Part shown: in pieces, positions 49,340 to 62,797 of the stretch | Numbering within the stretch: the first letter of the stretch is position 1 | Layout: every line of letters begins with the position of its first letter | NCBI RefSeq assembly: GCF_006345805.1 | Contig: NC_042997.1 | Coordinates: 32,736,001-32,800,000 of the forward strand | Length of the DNA: 64,000 nt | Source of the DNA: Octopus sinensis | Lineage: Eukaryota | Direction of reading: 5' to 3' | Translations under genes and position numbers: made by a program | The notes under the pieces: generated by a model | The model's database searches: none | What the model saw: the letters and a program-made list of their open reading frames with translations, nothing else | What the model was told of the DNA's origin: nothing

Positions 49340-49600
49340 TTGAGCTGCTATTTCTCCGCATTGAGATGTCACGGCTCCGGTACAAAGGACATGTGATTAG
49401 AATGTCGCAAGAAAGAATTTCAAGCTGGATTCTTCAAGCCAACCGGCAGGAGACCTAGGGTTAAACCAAGGACGAGGTGATTGGATAACATCCATAGTTT
49501 CAGTTTGCCATGCTTGAGAATCCGATCGGAAAGTCTTAAAGACGGTTGCTTCTGATAGGACTTATGGAGGAGGTGCCTGAGGTCTCTAACCCCCTGTAAG
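49340..49600 (+). mobile_element. Decayed RTE-like 3' end
   Basis: Remnant LRIEMSRLRYKGHVIRMSQERIS...KPRTR. Confidence 0.6.
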
Positions 49601-50844
49601 AATTAGCACTTCCTTCTCAAAGCTTGGATTCGAAATCAGACCCAAGAATCATTGGTCGTAAAATACCAATGCACAAAAAGGCGCGAAATCAGAATCTCTT
49701 TGTTCTGACAAAAAATGATGGATCGTCTCCCTTCGACCTCTGACCCGAGCAGGTCAGGCGAAGTTTAACAGGACGACCAGCGACCTACTGTACGCAATAA
49801 CACTCTTGCGGTATATCTATTTTTCTGGCTATTTGAGATGTTATAAATAGAACGGAGAAATAGGTATCTAGAGAGAACCCGAACCAACGTTTAAGAGAAC
49901 GCCACGCATTTATGAGGACGACGAAAGAATAATCAGAAAGGTGACTCTGTCATGCATGATTTACACACACGCACACACACACACCATCAAACATATTCTG
50001 CTTTAATGTGTATCCTGTATTATGCATTCCTTTAATATGTATTATTTGCAACCACTATTTAATATGCATTTTGTACAAGCGATGTGTAACATTGCTTACA
50101 AATTGATGTAGTGATAATAAATCTTTAATTTATTACAAAGCACTTATGTATTTATTAATACATCCACGCATCCACTACACCCCGCAGAAATAGCAGGCTA
50201 AGATGGATGGATAAAGATGATGACTCTGTTTTGAAATACTACTTACAGATATCTGGTTTGGCTTCAAATCATATACGCCGTAGTATTCTCAGTGTTTGTG
50301 ATGTGTATGCTAGCTGATTCTGCCAGTCGAACAAACTGAATGTTCTATTTTTCACAACAATCAGAAATCAGCGATTAAACAAAATCAATCAATGAATCGT
50401 TACAATATTTTTTCGAGTACAGGGTTTTGTTTTAGTTCTTTTTCTATATTTACAAACGTAATAACTATAATGCATTCGCGATCAGCATTTGGAATGTGAG
50501 AGCCGTATGTTATTCGAGAACAGTAGTTTGGTTGATATCAGGTCTTTCCCTCACTCTTGTTCGCTGGGGTCATCCCAAGTTAATGGTCTGAGAGATGTCA
50601 TTTTGCATAGAGCCTAGAGCCGACCAGGTCCACCACCATAGCTGGCGCTTCCATGCCAGCCACTTTATCCTCCAAGATGACGTCGAGCCTGTGGAAATCT
50701 TTCTTAATTACGTCCAGCCATTAGGTGCAGGGCTTGCCATGAGGCCTCTCCCAGCTTTCAGCTGCTGCATCGAACTAGAATAAAGTCCTAGTAGGGTGAT
50801 CTGGCGGGAGGCAGAGGATATGCCTATATTAAATCTGGTCTATA

Positions 50845-51214
50845 TCTTTATATATAAAAGTCAAGTTGTGTGTCTGTCTCCTACGATTTAGATTCCTAAC
50901 TACTCCCACATTTTGCGATGCAGTTTAACCAAAACCGGGTATCTTATAGTCGTGATTCATATCGAGCCCTTCTGGGTATTAGCGCGGGTCTACGATTTAA
51001 AAAAAAATTTACCATAATTTTTTTCCATTTTAATGCATTTTTTCGCTATTATATAAGGGAAGTAACTCTCTAAAAATGTCTACGATGAGTCAACGATTTA
51101 AAAAAAAATTTACCATCATTTTTTCCCCCCATTTTTAATGCATTTTTTTTAGCTATAACTCTCTAAAAATGCTTATATAGTTATTTCCCTTACAAACCCG
51201 AGCGATACCGCTAG
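50845..51214 (+). mobile_element. Non-autonomous Helitron-like element (second family)
   Basis: A|TC...CTAG|T termini, tatatataaaagtcaagttgtgtgtc start, internal duplication. Confidence 0.7.
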
Positions 51215-52052
51215 TTAAGAATAAATTACAAATTTAACGAATGTAATTCCTTTGTGGGCTGATAGACAAAGGGTTAGCACTTTTTACCTGTCTGCTTATA
51301 TTTATTAGCAGAATCTGTACCTTTACATTAGTTTTCTATACAATTCTGCATTGTGGTGCAAAGAATGATCTAGAAGGGTGATTTTTAACCAGTGATACAC
51401 ACCTCTACCCCTGGCTGCAGCATATTTGTTTATAGTTTCCGTGAAAGATGTAGATATTAGGGGTGGAGTTTCCACAGAAGTTTCTGTGGATGATTGGGTA
51501 GGATACACAAATTTAACTGACAAATGTATGATTGTCTTGTAATGCTATTTCAGTTGTGTGTGCTAATTTGAACATTATAAATATTGACCACTACAAAGTT
51601 CATAGTTTACTTCTATCTATCTGTCTAAATACTAAAACTAATATAAAAGATAATCACATGGAAATACGTTTGTCAGACATGGATAATCTATTTCTTGTAT
51701 GTACTGATCTTCAGTTCATCATGTATTTTCTGATTTTATTTTTTTCAAATTCTCTTGAAACTTTTGCCACCTATCATACTCCCAACATCTCATAGCCACC
51801 TTTTCAGTTGAGTGGGGCTCATTAGTCTTGCATGTTTACAGGTGGCTTCACTAGCTGGTGCCTCAAACAATTATACTTGGTGCACTTTGTATAGTAGTAG
51901 GCATTAGGAATGGCATCAAGCTGTAGAAACTATATCAAAACAGAAACATTAGAATAAGACAGTCTTCCAACTCCTGCCAACATAGGTGAATATCACATGA
52001 TGATGAAAAGTGTTACCTGTTGAATTCACCATTCACTTACTTACAGAGAGCA

Positions 52053-52431
52053 GAAGCGCAATGGCCCAGTGGTTAGGGCAGCGGACTCACGGTCATAGGA
52101 TCGTGGTTTCGATTCGCAGACCGGGCGTTGTGAGTGTTTATTGAGCGAAAACACCTAAAAGCTCCACGAGGCTCTGGCAGGGGATGGTGGTGATCCCTGC
52201 TGTACTCTTTCACCACAACTTTCTCTCACTCTTACTTCCTGTTTCTGTTGTACCTGTATTTCAAAGGGCCGGCCTTGTCACTCTCTGTGTCACGCTGAAT
52301 ATCCCCGAGAACTACGTTAAGGGTGCACGTGTCTGTGGAGTGCTCAGCCACTTACACGTTAATTTCACGAGCAGGCTGTTCCGTTGATTCGGATCAACCG
52401 GAACCCTCGTCGTCGTAACCGACGGAGTGCT
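52053..52431 (+). mobile_element. SINE family C, full length with 12-bp TSD
   Basis: TSD ACTTACAGAGAG at 52039-52050 and 52439-52450. tRNA-like head. Confidence 0.92.
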
Positions 52432-53048
52432 TCCATCCACTTACAGAGAGAGCATCAATGACTTCCATTTTGATTCAAAATTTCTCTTCCTAATCCTTAA
52501 GTTAAATCTGCCATCTTCCTGAATTATTCCACCCATCAACTCATCCTACATTTAGAGACATGTATCTTAAATCACCACTTAATTTTTCTTGGCAATTTCA
52601 ATACACAACTCCTTTTGGCTATCATTCATCTCTTGCAATGCTGTAGATTTAATGGAGAGTTCCAATAATTTCTCACTCTGATGTTCACACTCCCATTACA
52701 TCTTATGGCCCTGTATCTCTGACACACTGGCTCTCCAAAACATCTTTCTTTCTTGAATCTAAATTTAGCTTCATCTATCCATCTGATTGACTGTTCACTC
52801 CAGTTCAGCAATATATTTGGTCCCAGTTGTGTCCCATTATTCTTTATCAGTGCCTTCTTGAGCAAATTCTTTTCCTCCTCTAACTATTCAATGTTACTTT
52901 ATAGTGATTTATCGCAACACAGGGAAATATACAAATGTCTTTCATAGATTTCATCTTGCCAACTGCTGTTTAATATTTGAAAAGATAATGGAAACAGTAA
53001 CAAAGAGTTTCTTACACTTTTCAGTAACCATTAGTACATCCTTTAGAG

Positions 53049-53231
53049 CAGTGCTTTTCAAACTTTTTGCTGGAGCGGAACCCCAAGGAAACATTCCACT
53101 GGCTCGAGGAACCCCTGTGCAATAATTTAATAGTCTTATGCACACATATCTGCATCGGAGATTTTAGCATTTTTGTAACTTCTTGCGGAACCCCTGCACT
53201 GTACTGGCGGAACCCTGGTTGAAAACCACTG
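53049..53231. mobile_element. hAT-type MITE
   Basis: TIRs CAGTGCTTTTCAA/TTGAAAACCACTG. Perfect 8-bp TSD CTTTAGAG at 53041-53048 and 53232-53239. Confidence 0.9.
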
Positions 53232-53513
53232 CTTTAGAGAGTCAGATTCTAAAATCAGCTATAAAAGGTCTCTTACTCTAGAACATCAATACAATGTTAT
53301 TGCCTGACTGCATTAAGTATAAGAGTCTTCTAGCTATGTTGCTTGTTTGTAAGCTCCATTTTCATCTATCCTACTCTTTAAATCAGAAATTCTTTGACAA
53401 AACAGCTTCATCACAGTAAGTGTCAATGTCTCTCCCTCACTATATCAACACTGGTGCGTTTCTGGTCTACTGGCTTTCTCATGTGCTTCCTTCACCAAAC
53501 TGGTATAATATGG

Positions 53514-53751
53514 ACGGCGGCAAGCTGGCAGAAACATTAGCACGCCGGGCGAAATGCGTAGCCGTATTTCGTCTGTCCTTACGTTGTGAGTTCAAATTCC
53601 GCCGAGGTCGACTCTGCCTTTCATCCTTTCGGAGTCGATAAATTAAGTACCAGTTACGCACTGGAGTCGATGTAATCGACTTAATACCTATGTCTGTCTT
53701 TGTTTGTCCCCTCTGTGTTTAGCCCCCTGTGGGTAATAAAGAAACAGGTAT
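53514..53751 (+). mobile_element. SINE family B monomer
   Basis: Sense copy ending aaagaaacaggtat. Confidence 0.88.
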
Positions 53752-53774
53752 AATTGCTGTTATACTACTAACCA

Positions 53775-54190
53775 TACCCTCCATCAGACACCTACCATAT
53801 TCTGAGCGCCTTGTTTCCCTGGGCATGGATTCACTGAAGCTCCGGCGTTTGGCGACGGACTTGGTAAACACCCACAAAGTTATCAACCACCTCACCAACA
53901 ACAACACTGAACACCTTTTTGATCTCCATGTGTCTAACACACGTGGACATGCCTACAAAGTCAGAAAACAATACAGCTCCCATGACTTTCGGAAACATTT
54001 TTTCATGCTCAGAGTTGCTGAAGCATGGAATAAACTGCCTGCGTCAGTTGTTGACTGCCATGACACTGCATCTTTTAAGGCCCTCATGCTTTCCGAAATC
54101 CGCCGAAACTACACCTGATTATATATACACTTTAGATGAGTTGTAGTGCACCTGAGCACTGTACACAATTATTATTATTATTATTATTAT
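53775..54190 (+). mobile_element. CR1/L2-like LINE 3' fragment with (ATT)n tail
   Basis: LVSLGMDSLKLRRLATDLV...TRGHAYKVRKQYSSHDFRKHFFMLRVAEAWNKLP. Confidence 0.88.
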
Positions 54191-55324
54191 ATAAATGTGC
54201 TGATTTTTCTGTACCTCTAAAACATTGAACTGCATGCTGTCTTCACTGATTGATCAGTGCGCATGACCGGCTTCTTTCGGTTTTCATCAACCATACAGCC
54301 AGACCTACCCTTATATTCTAGAGTTAAAATTTTAAGCAGAAGAAAAAAAAAAATAAAGAAAAAAAGGACAATTTTAGAAAAGAAAATACTTTATTTTCAA
54401 AAGAGAAAGAAATTTCTAAAATATAAAACTGGATTTGAATGGTGTAATTTACAAAGTGAAAGAATATGTGATATTAAAAGAGACAAAAAGGCAAAAACTA
54501 ATTAATAGGTTAAGCATTAAAATATAAGATTAGGAAATTTAGCTAAATTAAGCTAAAACCTTCAGCTGGTTGGCATCACAAACGTGAAGCATCTACAAAG
54601 AAAAAGAATAAAATAAATTAAATAACTTGTCATCTTTAATAATGTTAATTATAAAATAATTCAGCCATACATTGGTATAGGTTAAGTTAAGTTAATTTTT
54701 TGGCTCAAAAAGCATGTGGTGTTATATTTTATGTAGATTAATTAAAAAGAAAACTACAAATGTGTTATAAAAATAAAACTGAGCGTTCTCATAGGTATAA
54801 GCAAAATATTAATAAAAAAAAAAGCACTACATTACAAAATCACTATATATTTATAAATAAAGCAATAATTAATCAATTAAAACAGGGTGAAAATAAATGT
54901 AAATATTGGTAGACATTGTAGGTGAGAATTGTATTATTCACTGAAGAGAAATGCTACATGTTATAACATGTAAATGTACAAACATCTTCAGTGTTAGCTA
55001 AAAGTGAAAAAGTCAGCTGACTGATAAGTAAGGCCTCACTTGTTAATTTATTAACACCACTAACTCACTGGCACTAAGTGTTTCTTTCTACCTGGGCATC
55101 TTTGAACTTAGTAACTGTGCTTCACTTCAATTCAAAGTCATTTGATGCAATAATCTCTTGTCATCTTTACAGTCTCTTAACCCTGAAGAACCAGCCTTCT
55201 GGAATTTCATTCTTACTCAAGACTTTGTGGATTCCTATTCTCTCCTCCCATTACAGACAAAGAGAAGTACTCCTAAATATATATACTTGCCAAATATTAA
55301 TACGTGGTGTAACATTAGGTGACA

Positions 55325-55680
55325 TCAATATTTCATCATCATCATCATCATCGTTTAGCGTCCGCTTTCCATGCTAGCATGGGTTGGACGGTTCAACTGG
55401 GGTCTGTGAAACCAGAAGGCTGCATCAGGCCCAGTCTGATCTGGCAGTGTTTCTACAGCTGGATGCCCTTCCTAACGCCAACCACTCCGTGAGTATAGTG
55501 GGTGCTTTTTACGTGCCACCCGCACAGGTGCCAGACGGAGCTGGCAAACGTCCATGGACGGATGGTGCTTTTTACGTGCCACCGGCACGGGGGCCAGGCG
55601 AGGCTGGCAATGGCCCCGAACGGATGATGCTTTTTACGTGCCACCAGCACGGAGGCCAGTCGGGGCGGTGCTGGCAACGG
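55325..55680 (-). mobile_element. RTE 3'UTR copy
   Basis: Same family as 60440-60969. Confidence 0.85.
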
Positions 55681-56558
55681 AAAATAAATGATATGTTGAA
55701 ATTGCTTTGAGATACATCAAAAAGTAGAGCTTTTACTTATTAACAAGTGACCAGGAAGTTCTAACATTTGGGATTTTCAATAAATTCTACATTTGCTGGA
55801 ACAGAAAAATGTAAAGTTTATATTTTGTAAGGAAACCCAAGTTAACTTTCTTGAGATGTAATTTATAAGTTAACTTTGGATTCCTTAATGACAATGTATC
55901 CTTCATATAACTGAGGTATCCTCAGCTTGATGAGTAACTGGTGGAGTACCCCTTGAGTAATTATTTACTAACTAAGTAATGCACACCTGAGTCCTACATG
56001 TTATAACATGTAAATGTACAAACATCTTCAGTGTTAGCTAAAAATAAAAGTCAGCTGACTGATAAGTAAGGCCTCACTTGTTAATTTATTAACACCACTA
56101 ACTCACTGGCACTAAGTGTTTCTTTCTACCTGGGCATCTTTGAACTTAGTAACTAAGAAACATGTAGCCTGGATACACACACTAACAATGCATTCTGGTG
56201 TTGCCTAGGTGTTATGATCTACAGCCACACTGTATTATTTGTTCCTTTACGGGCACAATCAGCACAGCTGGGAATGGTGGACTGGATTAAGGCATAATGG
56301 AAGTTATTGGTTTGTTTAAAAGTGAAGGGAGAGAGTACAATTTGCATGTGTTTACATGGTTTGTGATCCATCGTAAGAACAGAAAGCACCTCCATGCATT
56401 GTTTCATCATAAAAAAGCTAAAACAATGCAAGCTATAAGAAATAATTCAAGTCAATGGTTTGAACTTTCATCTTGTAGTTCAACTGTCAATTTGTATTTC
56501 GTATAACTTGCAATGCTTTGGCTTAAAAAATATAAATAAGATAAATATAAAACATTAA

Positions 56559-56975
56559 CCCTTTCGTTACTGTATTTATTTTGAGATGCTCTGTGTTTCT
56601 TTCAATTACTTTTACCCTTTAGTGTTCAGATTAATATATCAAAAGTAATCCTTATTTATTTACATTTTTTAAAATGAATCTGGTATTATCTCGTAGCTTC
56701 AAGAGTTGAAAGTTGTAATTGTTTTTTTAGAATGACATTGCAGGGTAGGTGTGAGACACTGGTTCTGGCCAGTTTGAGCATAAAATGAGTAGAATATTTG
56801 GGCCAGATACAGCCGGTTTAAACACTAAAGGGTTAAATATAACAAAGAATTTAGTAAAATAATTTAGTTATCATTCAGCTGGTAGTTAGGAACATAATTT
56901 TGAACAAGGTTTGGTGGAAGATTTTAATTCAAAACTTATGAAAACAAGACTTCAGCCGGGTTGGTAACAAAAGAG
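56559..56975. mobile_element. Nested piggyBac-like MITEs
   Basis: Outer TTAA|CCCTTTCGTTAC...GGTAACAAAAGAG|TTAA. Inner TTTA|CCCTTTAGTGTT...AACACTAAAGGG|TTAA at 56615-56832. Confidence 0.75.
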
Positions 56976-58399
56976 TTAAGAAATATCAGTCAAAGCTTCA
57001 TGCATCACATACACAAACATTTATGCATGTATGTCAATTCAAGATTAGTATTGTTTAAAAAAAGAAAATGGAAATGAGACATTTAAAATCCAATTTTCAT
57101 ACATATAACTTAAAAGAAAAGAAAACAAAACAAAAAATACATTTTCCCAGTTTCCATTTATTAGCTAATATGACCGTAGAAGAGCCACATTACTAACCTT
57201 GAAAAATCTTGTAGCTGTGTTTAGCTTTTAGACAATAGTCATTTTGGGTTTGTAATACAAGGTATGGGAATCAGAGCAATGTTGTAATTTCTTCAGAAGA
57301 TGCAAGGGTAGAAAAAGGAAAACATGCTTATTAAAATGTAAAAACATTAGCTAGCATCAATGGAATTATAAGCAGAAAAGAGGAGAAACCAGGGAAAGAA
57401 TGAAATTTAATTAAGGTGTATTCAATAAAAGGAGTTTTTAATTATAATAAAGAAAAACCTAAATTATTGGATAATATAACAAAATTTCAATGTAAATTTC
57501 AAATCAATCAAAACTATAACAACTTGATCATTGATCTTAATTATAAAGAAAGGACCAGCATATATCTGATCATGGATCAAAAGCATTCCTACTATAATCA
57601 TTCTGTCTTTATTCAATCACATCTAGGACTAAATTATCTTTGTGTTTTCTTAAGACTAAGGTGTGATTTTAGAGAGATTTGGTTTTAATACTATGATGTC
57701 AAACAACTGCATAGAGACTCATTGACTAATGATCTCTATTTATTTGGTATACATAAAGCCTATTTTGCTGTAAGCCAAATTCACTTAGCCTTAGTTCTTT
57801 TGTCATCACATTTTTCTCCTTTTGCTGGCCATACAACATTAGTATTTGTTTTAATTAAAAACAAGGATGAAAAGCCAAATAAAGCATCTCATAAGACTTA
57901 ACTCAATGTATAAAGCAATAAACTAGGTATTACAAAACAATCAAGATACCTTCCAAATGTGTTTGTGTTTCTATATACATATGTGTTTCCAAATGTGTTT
58001 GTGCTTACGGGTGGCACGTAAAAAGCACCCACTACACTCACGGAGTGGTTGGCGTTAGGAAGGGCATCCAGCCGTAGAAACACTACCAGATCAGACTGGG
58101 CCTGATGCAGCCTTCTGGCTTCACAGACCCCAGTTAAACCGTCCAACCCATGCTAGCATGGAAAGCAGACGCTAAATGATGATGATGATTATATGTATAA
58201 TATTATATAAAATCACCATCGTTTGACATCCTCCTTCCATAAATAAATAAATATATATATATATATATAATCATTTTAATGTCTACTTTTCCAAACTTTA
58301 ACTGATCAAATGAGAAGGAAATATTTCCCCCGAGCATTTCAAGCAAGCAGCTGAGAAATCCCTTTCACAGAAGATAGCAAACGAATGAGACTTACACAG

Positions 58400-58830
58400 C
58401 TTACTTTCTTCATTGTAGGAGACTTGGAAATGTCACTATGAAAGGCTGCTAAAAGCAGAGAATGCATTGGAGGAGAGAATTTCCAATGTAGACCCAATAG
58501 AGAGGCAAGCTATTCGAATCGACAGCAGCTTAGTAGATAAAGCAATTGAGGATATGAAGACCGGGAAAGCCTCTGGCCCCTCAGGAATCAATGCTGAGAT
58601 ACTTAAAATCTCTGGTGGAGTGGGATAAAACTTGGTCAATCGTATAGTTAATCAGGTTGTCCACAAGGGAGTTATACCCAATGGCTGGTGTAGTAGCATT
58701 ATAGTCAACTGCTACAAAGGCAAAGGTGATGCCCCAGACAGAAATAATTACAGGGGTATTAAATTGTTAGACCAGGTGATGCAAGGTGCAGAAAGGATCA
58801 TAGTTCAATCAATTAGGAAGACAGTTAATT
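58400..58830 (+). mobile_element. RTE-like RT fragment
   Basis: Remnant MKTGKASGPSGINAEILK...CYKGKGDAPDRNNYRGIKLLDQVM. Confidence 0.85.
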
Positions 58831-59210
58831 ACTAAAAATTTTAGGGTAATTAGCAGGAATGAAAACTGTAGTAATTAGTAAAAGCTGTAAATGTCACAAT
58901 TGCAATATATGAAGCAGAAAAAAGGGATTGCATAAATAGATTTCATGAAGTTTCAAGGTAAGAAGAAACTGAATCCATGCTGAGAAATATTTTACGTCCT
59001 ATTCTACAGACAAGACATTTCTCAAAACAATTCACATTATCTACCGATCAAAGACAACTTAGCTCTACCATTCAGTAAAATGTTCACAAGAACAAAAGAA
59101 TTCAAAATGTTATATAGCCTTAACTTCATAATTCAAAAACTAAAATATACATACATACACACACACATATATATATATATACATACATCTCTCTCTCTTA
59201 TATACATATA

Positions 59211-61136
59211 CTCTTCACTCTTTTACTTGTTTCAGTCATTTGACTGCGGCCATGCTGGAGCACCGCCTTTAGTCGAGCAAATCGACCCCCAGGACATATT
59301 CTTTGTAAGCCTAGTACTTATTCTATCGGTCTCTTTTGCCAAACCGCTAAGTTACGGGGATGTAAACACACCAGCATCTGTTGTCAAGCGATGTTGGGAG
59401 GACAAACACAGACACACACACATATATATATATATACATATATAACGGAGGAATTCAAGACAGGATGCCCTTGGGAGCTCCTCTATGCTGATGACCTTGC
59501 TCTAATTGCTGAGTCACTATCAGAACTGGAGGAGAAGTTTCAGGTGTGGAAACAAGGATTAGAATCGAAGGGCCTTAGAGTCAATCTAGCTAAAACCAAA
59601 GTCGTAATCAGTAGGAAGGTAGACAAATCACAAATGCCTTCAGGTAGATGGTCCTGCTCGATCTGTATAAAAGGTGTAGGTAGAAACTCTATAAGATGCA
59701 CCAAGTGTAAGCTATGGACACATAAGAGGTGCAGCAATGTCAAAGGAAGGCTAACTAGGAAGATGGTTTTTCTATGTGGCAGATGCTCAGGAACAATAAA
59801 CACTGAAAATGCTCTGAGACCAACTTCCGGCACTTTCCAGGGAGAAAAACTAGAAATAGTTGATAGCTTCCTTTACCTAGATGACCAAGTCAGCAGCGGG
59901 GGCTGGTGTGCTGAAAGTGTAACTGCTATAGTAAGAATAGCTTGGGCAAAGTTCAGAGAGCTCTTACCTCTGCTGGTGACAAAAGGCCTCTCACACAGAG
60001 TAAAAGGCAGACTGTATGATGCGTGTGTACGAACAGCCATGCTACATGGCAGTGAAACATGGGCCGTGACTGCTAAGGATATGCGCAAGCTCGCAAGAAA
60101 TGAAGCCAGTATGCTCCGATGGATGTGTAATGTCAGTACTCTTACTCGACAGAGTGTAAGTACCTTGAGAGAAAAGCTGAACCTAAGAAGCATCAGTTGT
60201 GGTGTGCAAGAGAGATGTTTGCGCTGGTATGGGCATGTAGCGAGAATAGATGAAGATAGTTGTGTGAAAAAGTGCCACATCCTAACGGTTGAGGGAACCT
60301 GTAGAAGAGGCAAGACCCAAGAAAACCTGGGACGAGGTGGTCAAGCACGACCTTCGAACTTTAGGTCTCACTGAGGAAATGACTAGAGACCGAGACCTCT
60401 GGAAGTATGCTGTGCGCGAGAAGACCCGGCAGGACAAGTGAGTCCATAACCCGTGGCCTTCTACATGGGATGGAGCCAGCCTACGTATGCATACCTTCCC
60501 TTCTTGGGACACAAAACTCTACTTGTGAAGACCTGTTGAGGCAAGTGAGGATCAGAATCGAAATCGATCAATGGAAATTGCAGCTGAGTTACCAGTGCCG
60601 GTGGCACGTAAGAGAACCATCCGTTCGTGACCGTTGCCAGCGCCACCCCGACTGGCCTCATGCCGGTGGCACGTAAAAAGCACCATCTGTTCGTGTCCGT
60701 TGCCAGCCTCGCCTGGCCCCCATGCCGGTGGCACGTAAAAGCACCATCCGTTCGTGGCCGTTTGCCAGCTCCGTCTGGCACCTGTGTGGGTGGCACGTAA
60801 AAAGCACCCACTACACTCAGAGTGGTTGGCGTTAGGAAGGGCATCCAGCCGTAGAAACACTGCCAGATCAGACTGGGCCTGATGCAGCCTTCTGGCTTCA
60901 CAGACCCCAGTTGAACCGTCCAACCCATGCTAGCATGGAAAGCGGACGCTAAATGGTGATGATGATGATATACGACGGGCTTCTTTCAGTTTCTGTCTAC
61001 CAAATCCACTCACACGGCTTTGGTCAGCCCGAGGCTATAGAAGAAGACACTTTCCCAAGGTGCCACACAGTGGGACTGAACCCGGAACCATGTGGTTGGT
61101 AAGCAAGCTACTTACCACACAGCCACTCCTGCGCCT
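59211..61136 (-). mobile_element. SINE family A split by an RTE insertion (parts 59211-59444 and 60970-61136)
   Basis: The two halves rejoin at the internal (TA)n linker. Confidence 0.85.
59445..60969 (+). mobile_element. 5'-truncated RTE LINE with complete 3'UTR and (GAT)n tail
   Basis: EEFKTGCPWELLYADDLALI...YGHVARI with a frameshift near 60315 and stop at about 60441. 3'UTR has four ~62-65-bp units. Confidence 0.92.
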
Positions 61137-61160
61137 ATATATATATATATTATATATATA

Positions 61161-61192
<32 letters not shown>

Positions 61193-62797
61193 TTCTATAT
61201 CTCTATCTCCATTTTTTCACAAAAGACAGTTTTGATTATATTAAAAATTTACAGTAATATTTCCAAGTAATTTTCTCTTTTTAATTACCATCAATCTCCA
61301 CAGCAAATAGGGGCATATACTATCAGTACTATTTTTTTTTTGGTGGAGGGTAAAGGCAGTTTAATTAAGAGCTATTACCTCTGCTAGCAACAAAGGGTCC
61401 TCCCTTAGAGAGAGAGAGAGAGAGAAAGCTTGATTGTATGTTGCATGTGTATGAAATGCAATGTTGCATGGTAGCAAAACCTGGGTACTAAACATGGAGA
61501 AGGCGTGAAAGCATGCTCTACTAGATGTGTAATGTTAGTGTTTATGAACTATGAAAGACAATGAGCTAAGAGAATAACTAGGTAAAAGAGAAATCAGACA
61601 AATGTGCAAGAGTGGAGATTACACTAGTATGGACATATGATGTGGGTAGTAGGGTAAAGAAATGCCAAGTGATCGAAGATGGAACATGTGAAAGTTATTA
61701 AATATTAAACTCACCCAATTATGTAATCATGGATAATAAGGGGAGAAGCTAATTTTTCTGACACCAATTATGAAATAATATGGCAAAAGACATTCCAACT
61801 ATACACATCCTATTGTAATTCATTTTTATAACCCATTTCAATAAACATACCCTTCCTTTCTAGCACCCCCTCGAAGTAACTTGTTTCTTAATTCCCCTAT
61901 TTGAATTCTTTCACCTTGCTTTGCTTCTTGTATCTATATTCAGCCTATTGCTTATATAAGCTTTATTCTTCTTATTCATTGTCACAACCTCATGTAATAA
62001 ACACTATGTTTTTGTGGTGAGGAGTTGTATAATAATAATAAAACATTGTGTACAGTGCTCATGACTAGAAGTAGTGAAAACTGATCTAAAGATATTGAAT
62101 CTAATAAGAGATGGCAAATAGAGAGATGCTATGCAAGAAAACACTAATTCAATCCATGCATGGAATAACAAGAAAAAGTGATGATAATGGCAGTAAAAGA
62201 TAAATGTTAAATAAGAAGTGTAAAGTTGTAAAGTCTTGTACTTACTTTACAAACTGTCTCTGCAGGAAAACGTTGCTCTAAAAGCTTGATCAATACATCT
62301 TCATAATTCACGATGAGAGCATCACACTACAAAACATGATTTTTAATGTAATGAAATTAGCTTCATTTTACACGTTTTTTTTTCTTCAGGATTTAATGGC
62401 ATATGTGAAACCAATACGAACAGGCTTGGAAAGGATTTGCTAGGAAACAAACATTCTGATAAAAGGAAATGCATAAAGTTTCATAACTCCATGAAGAACT
62501 TTCTTGCAAAAGAAATATTAAACAAACAAAAGAAAAAAGAAGAAAAAAAAAATGGATCCGTTTACTTCCATGTAGTATAAATTTGAATACATATTTTCTA
62601 ATATTTCTATGTTGGGCTGAAGATCTAACTTGGACTTCTCTAAGCATTTTGACTAGAAAGTGGGCCCCGCCTATATCATGGATAAGAACTGTCTTGTAGA
62701 GAAATAGTATGTTTCAATAGAAACAAAAAAAACTTTATAATGTGAAATTAAACTGGTGTGTTTGTGACTGGAATTATAACAGATGTCAGATGAGCTA

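Noticed and set aside
49872-49940. REPEPTFKRTPRIYEDDERIIRK, superficially like the THOC7 N-terminus (DDEVIRK)
   Set aside because: There is no start codon, the acceptor is weak, the match is only a few residues, and no further THOC7-like exons were found downstream.
51436-51497. Candidate plus-strand exon (SVKDVDIRGGVSTEVSVDDW) with AG/GT ends
   Set aside because: There is no recognisable homology and its phase cannot be linked to neighbouring candidates.
58400-60440. 58400-58830 and 59445-60440 as a single interrupted LINE
   Set aside because: The second piece is nested inside a SINE A copy whose halves flank it, so it is an independent insertion.
62390-62580. Candidate plus-strand terminal exon after a strong acceptor (FNGICETNTNRLGK...)
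   Set aside because: It is a short low-complexity K-rich frame with no recognisable homology or upstream partner exons.
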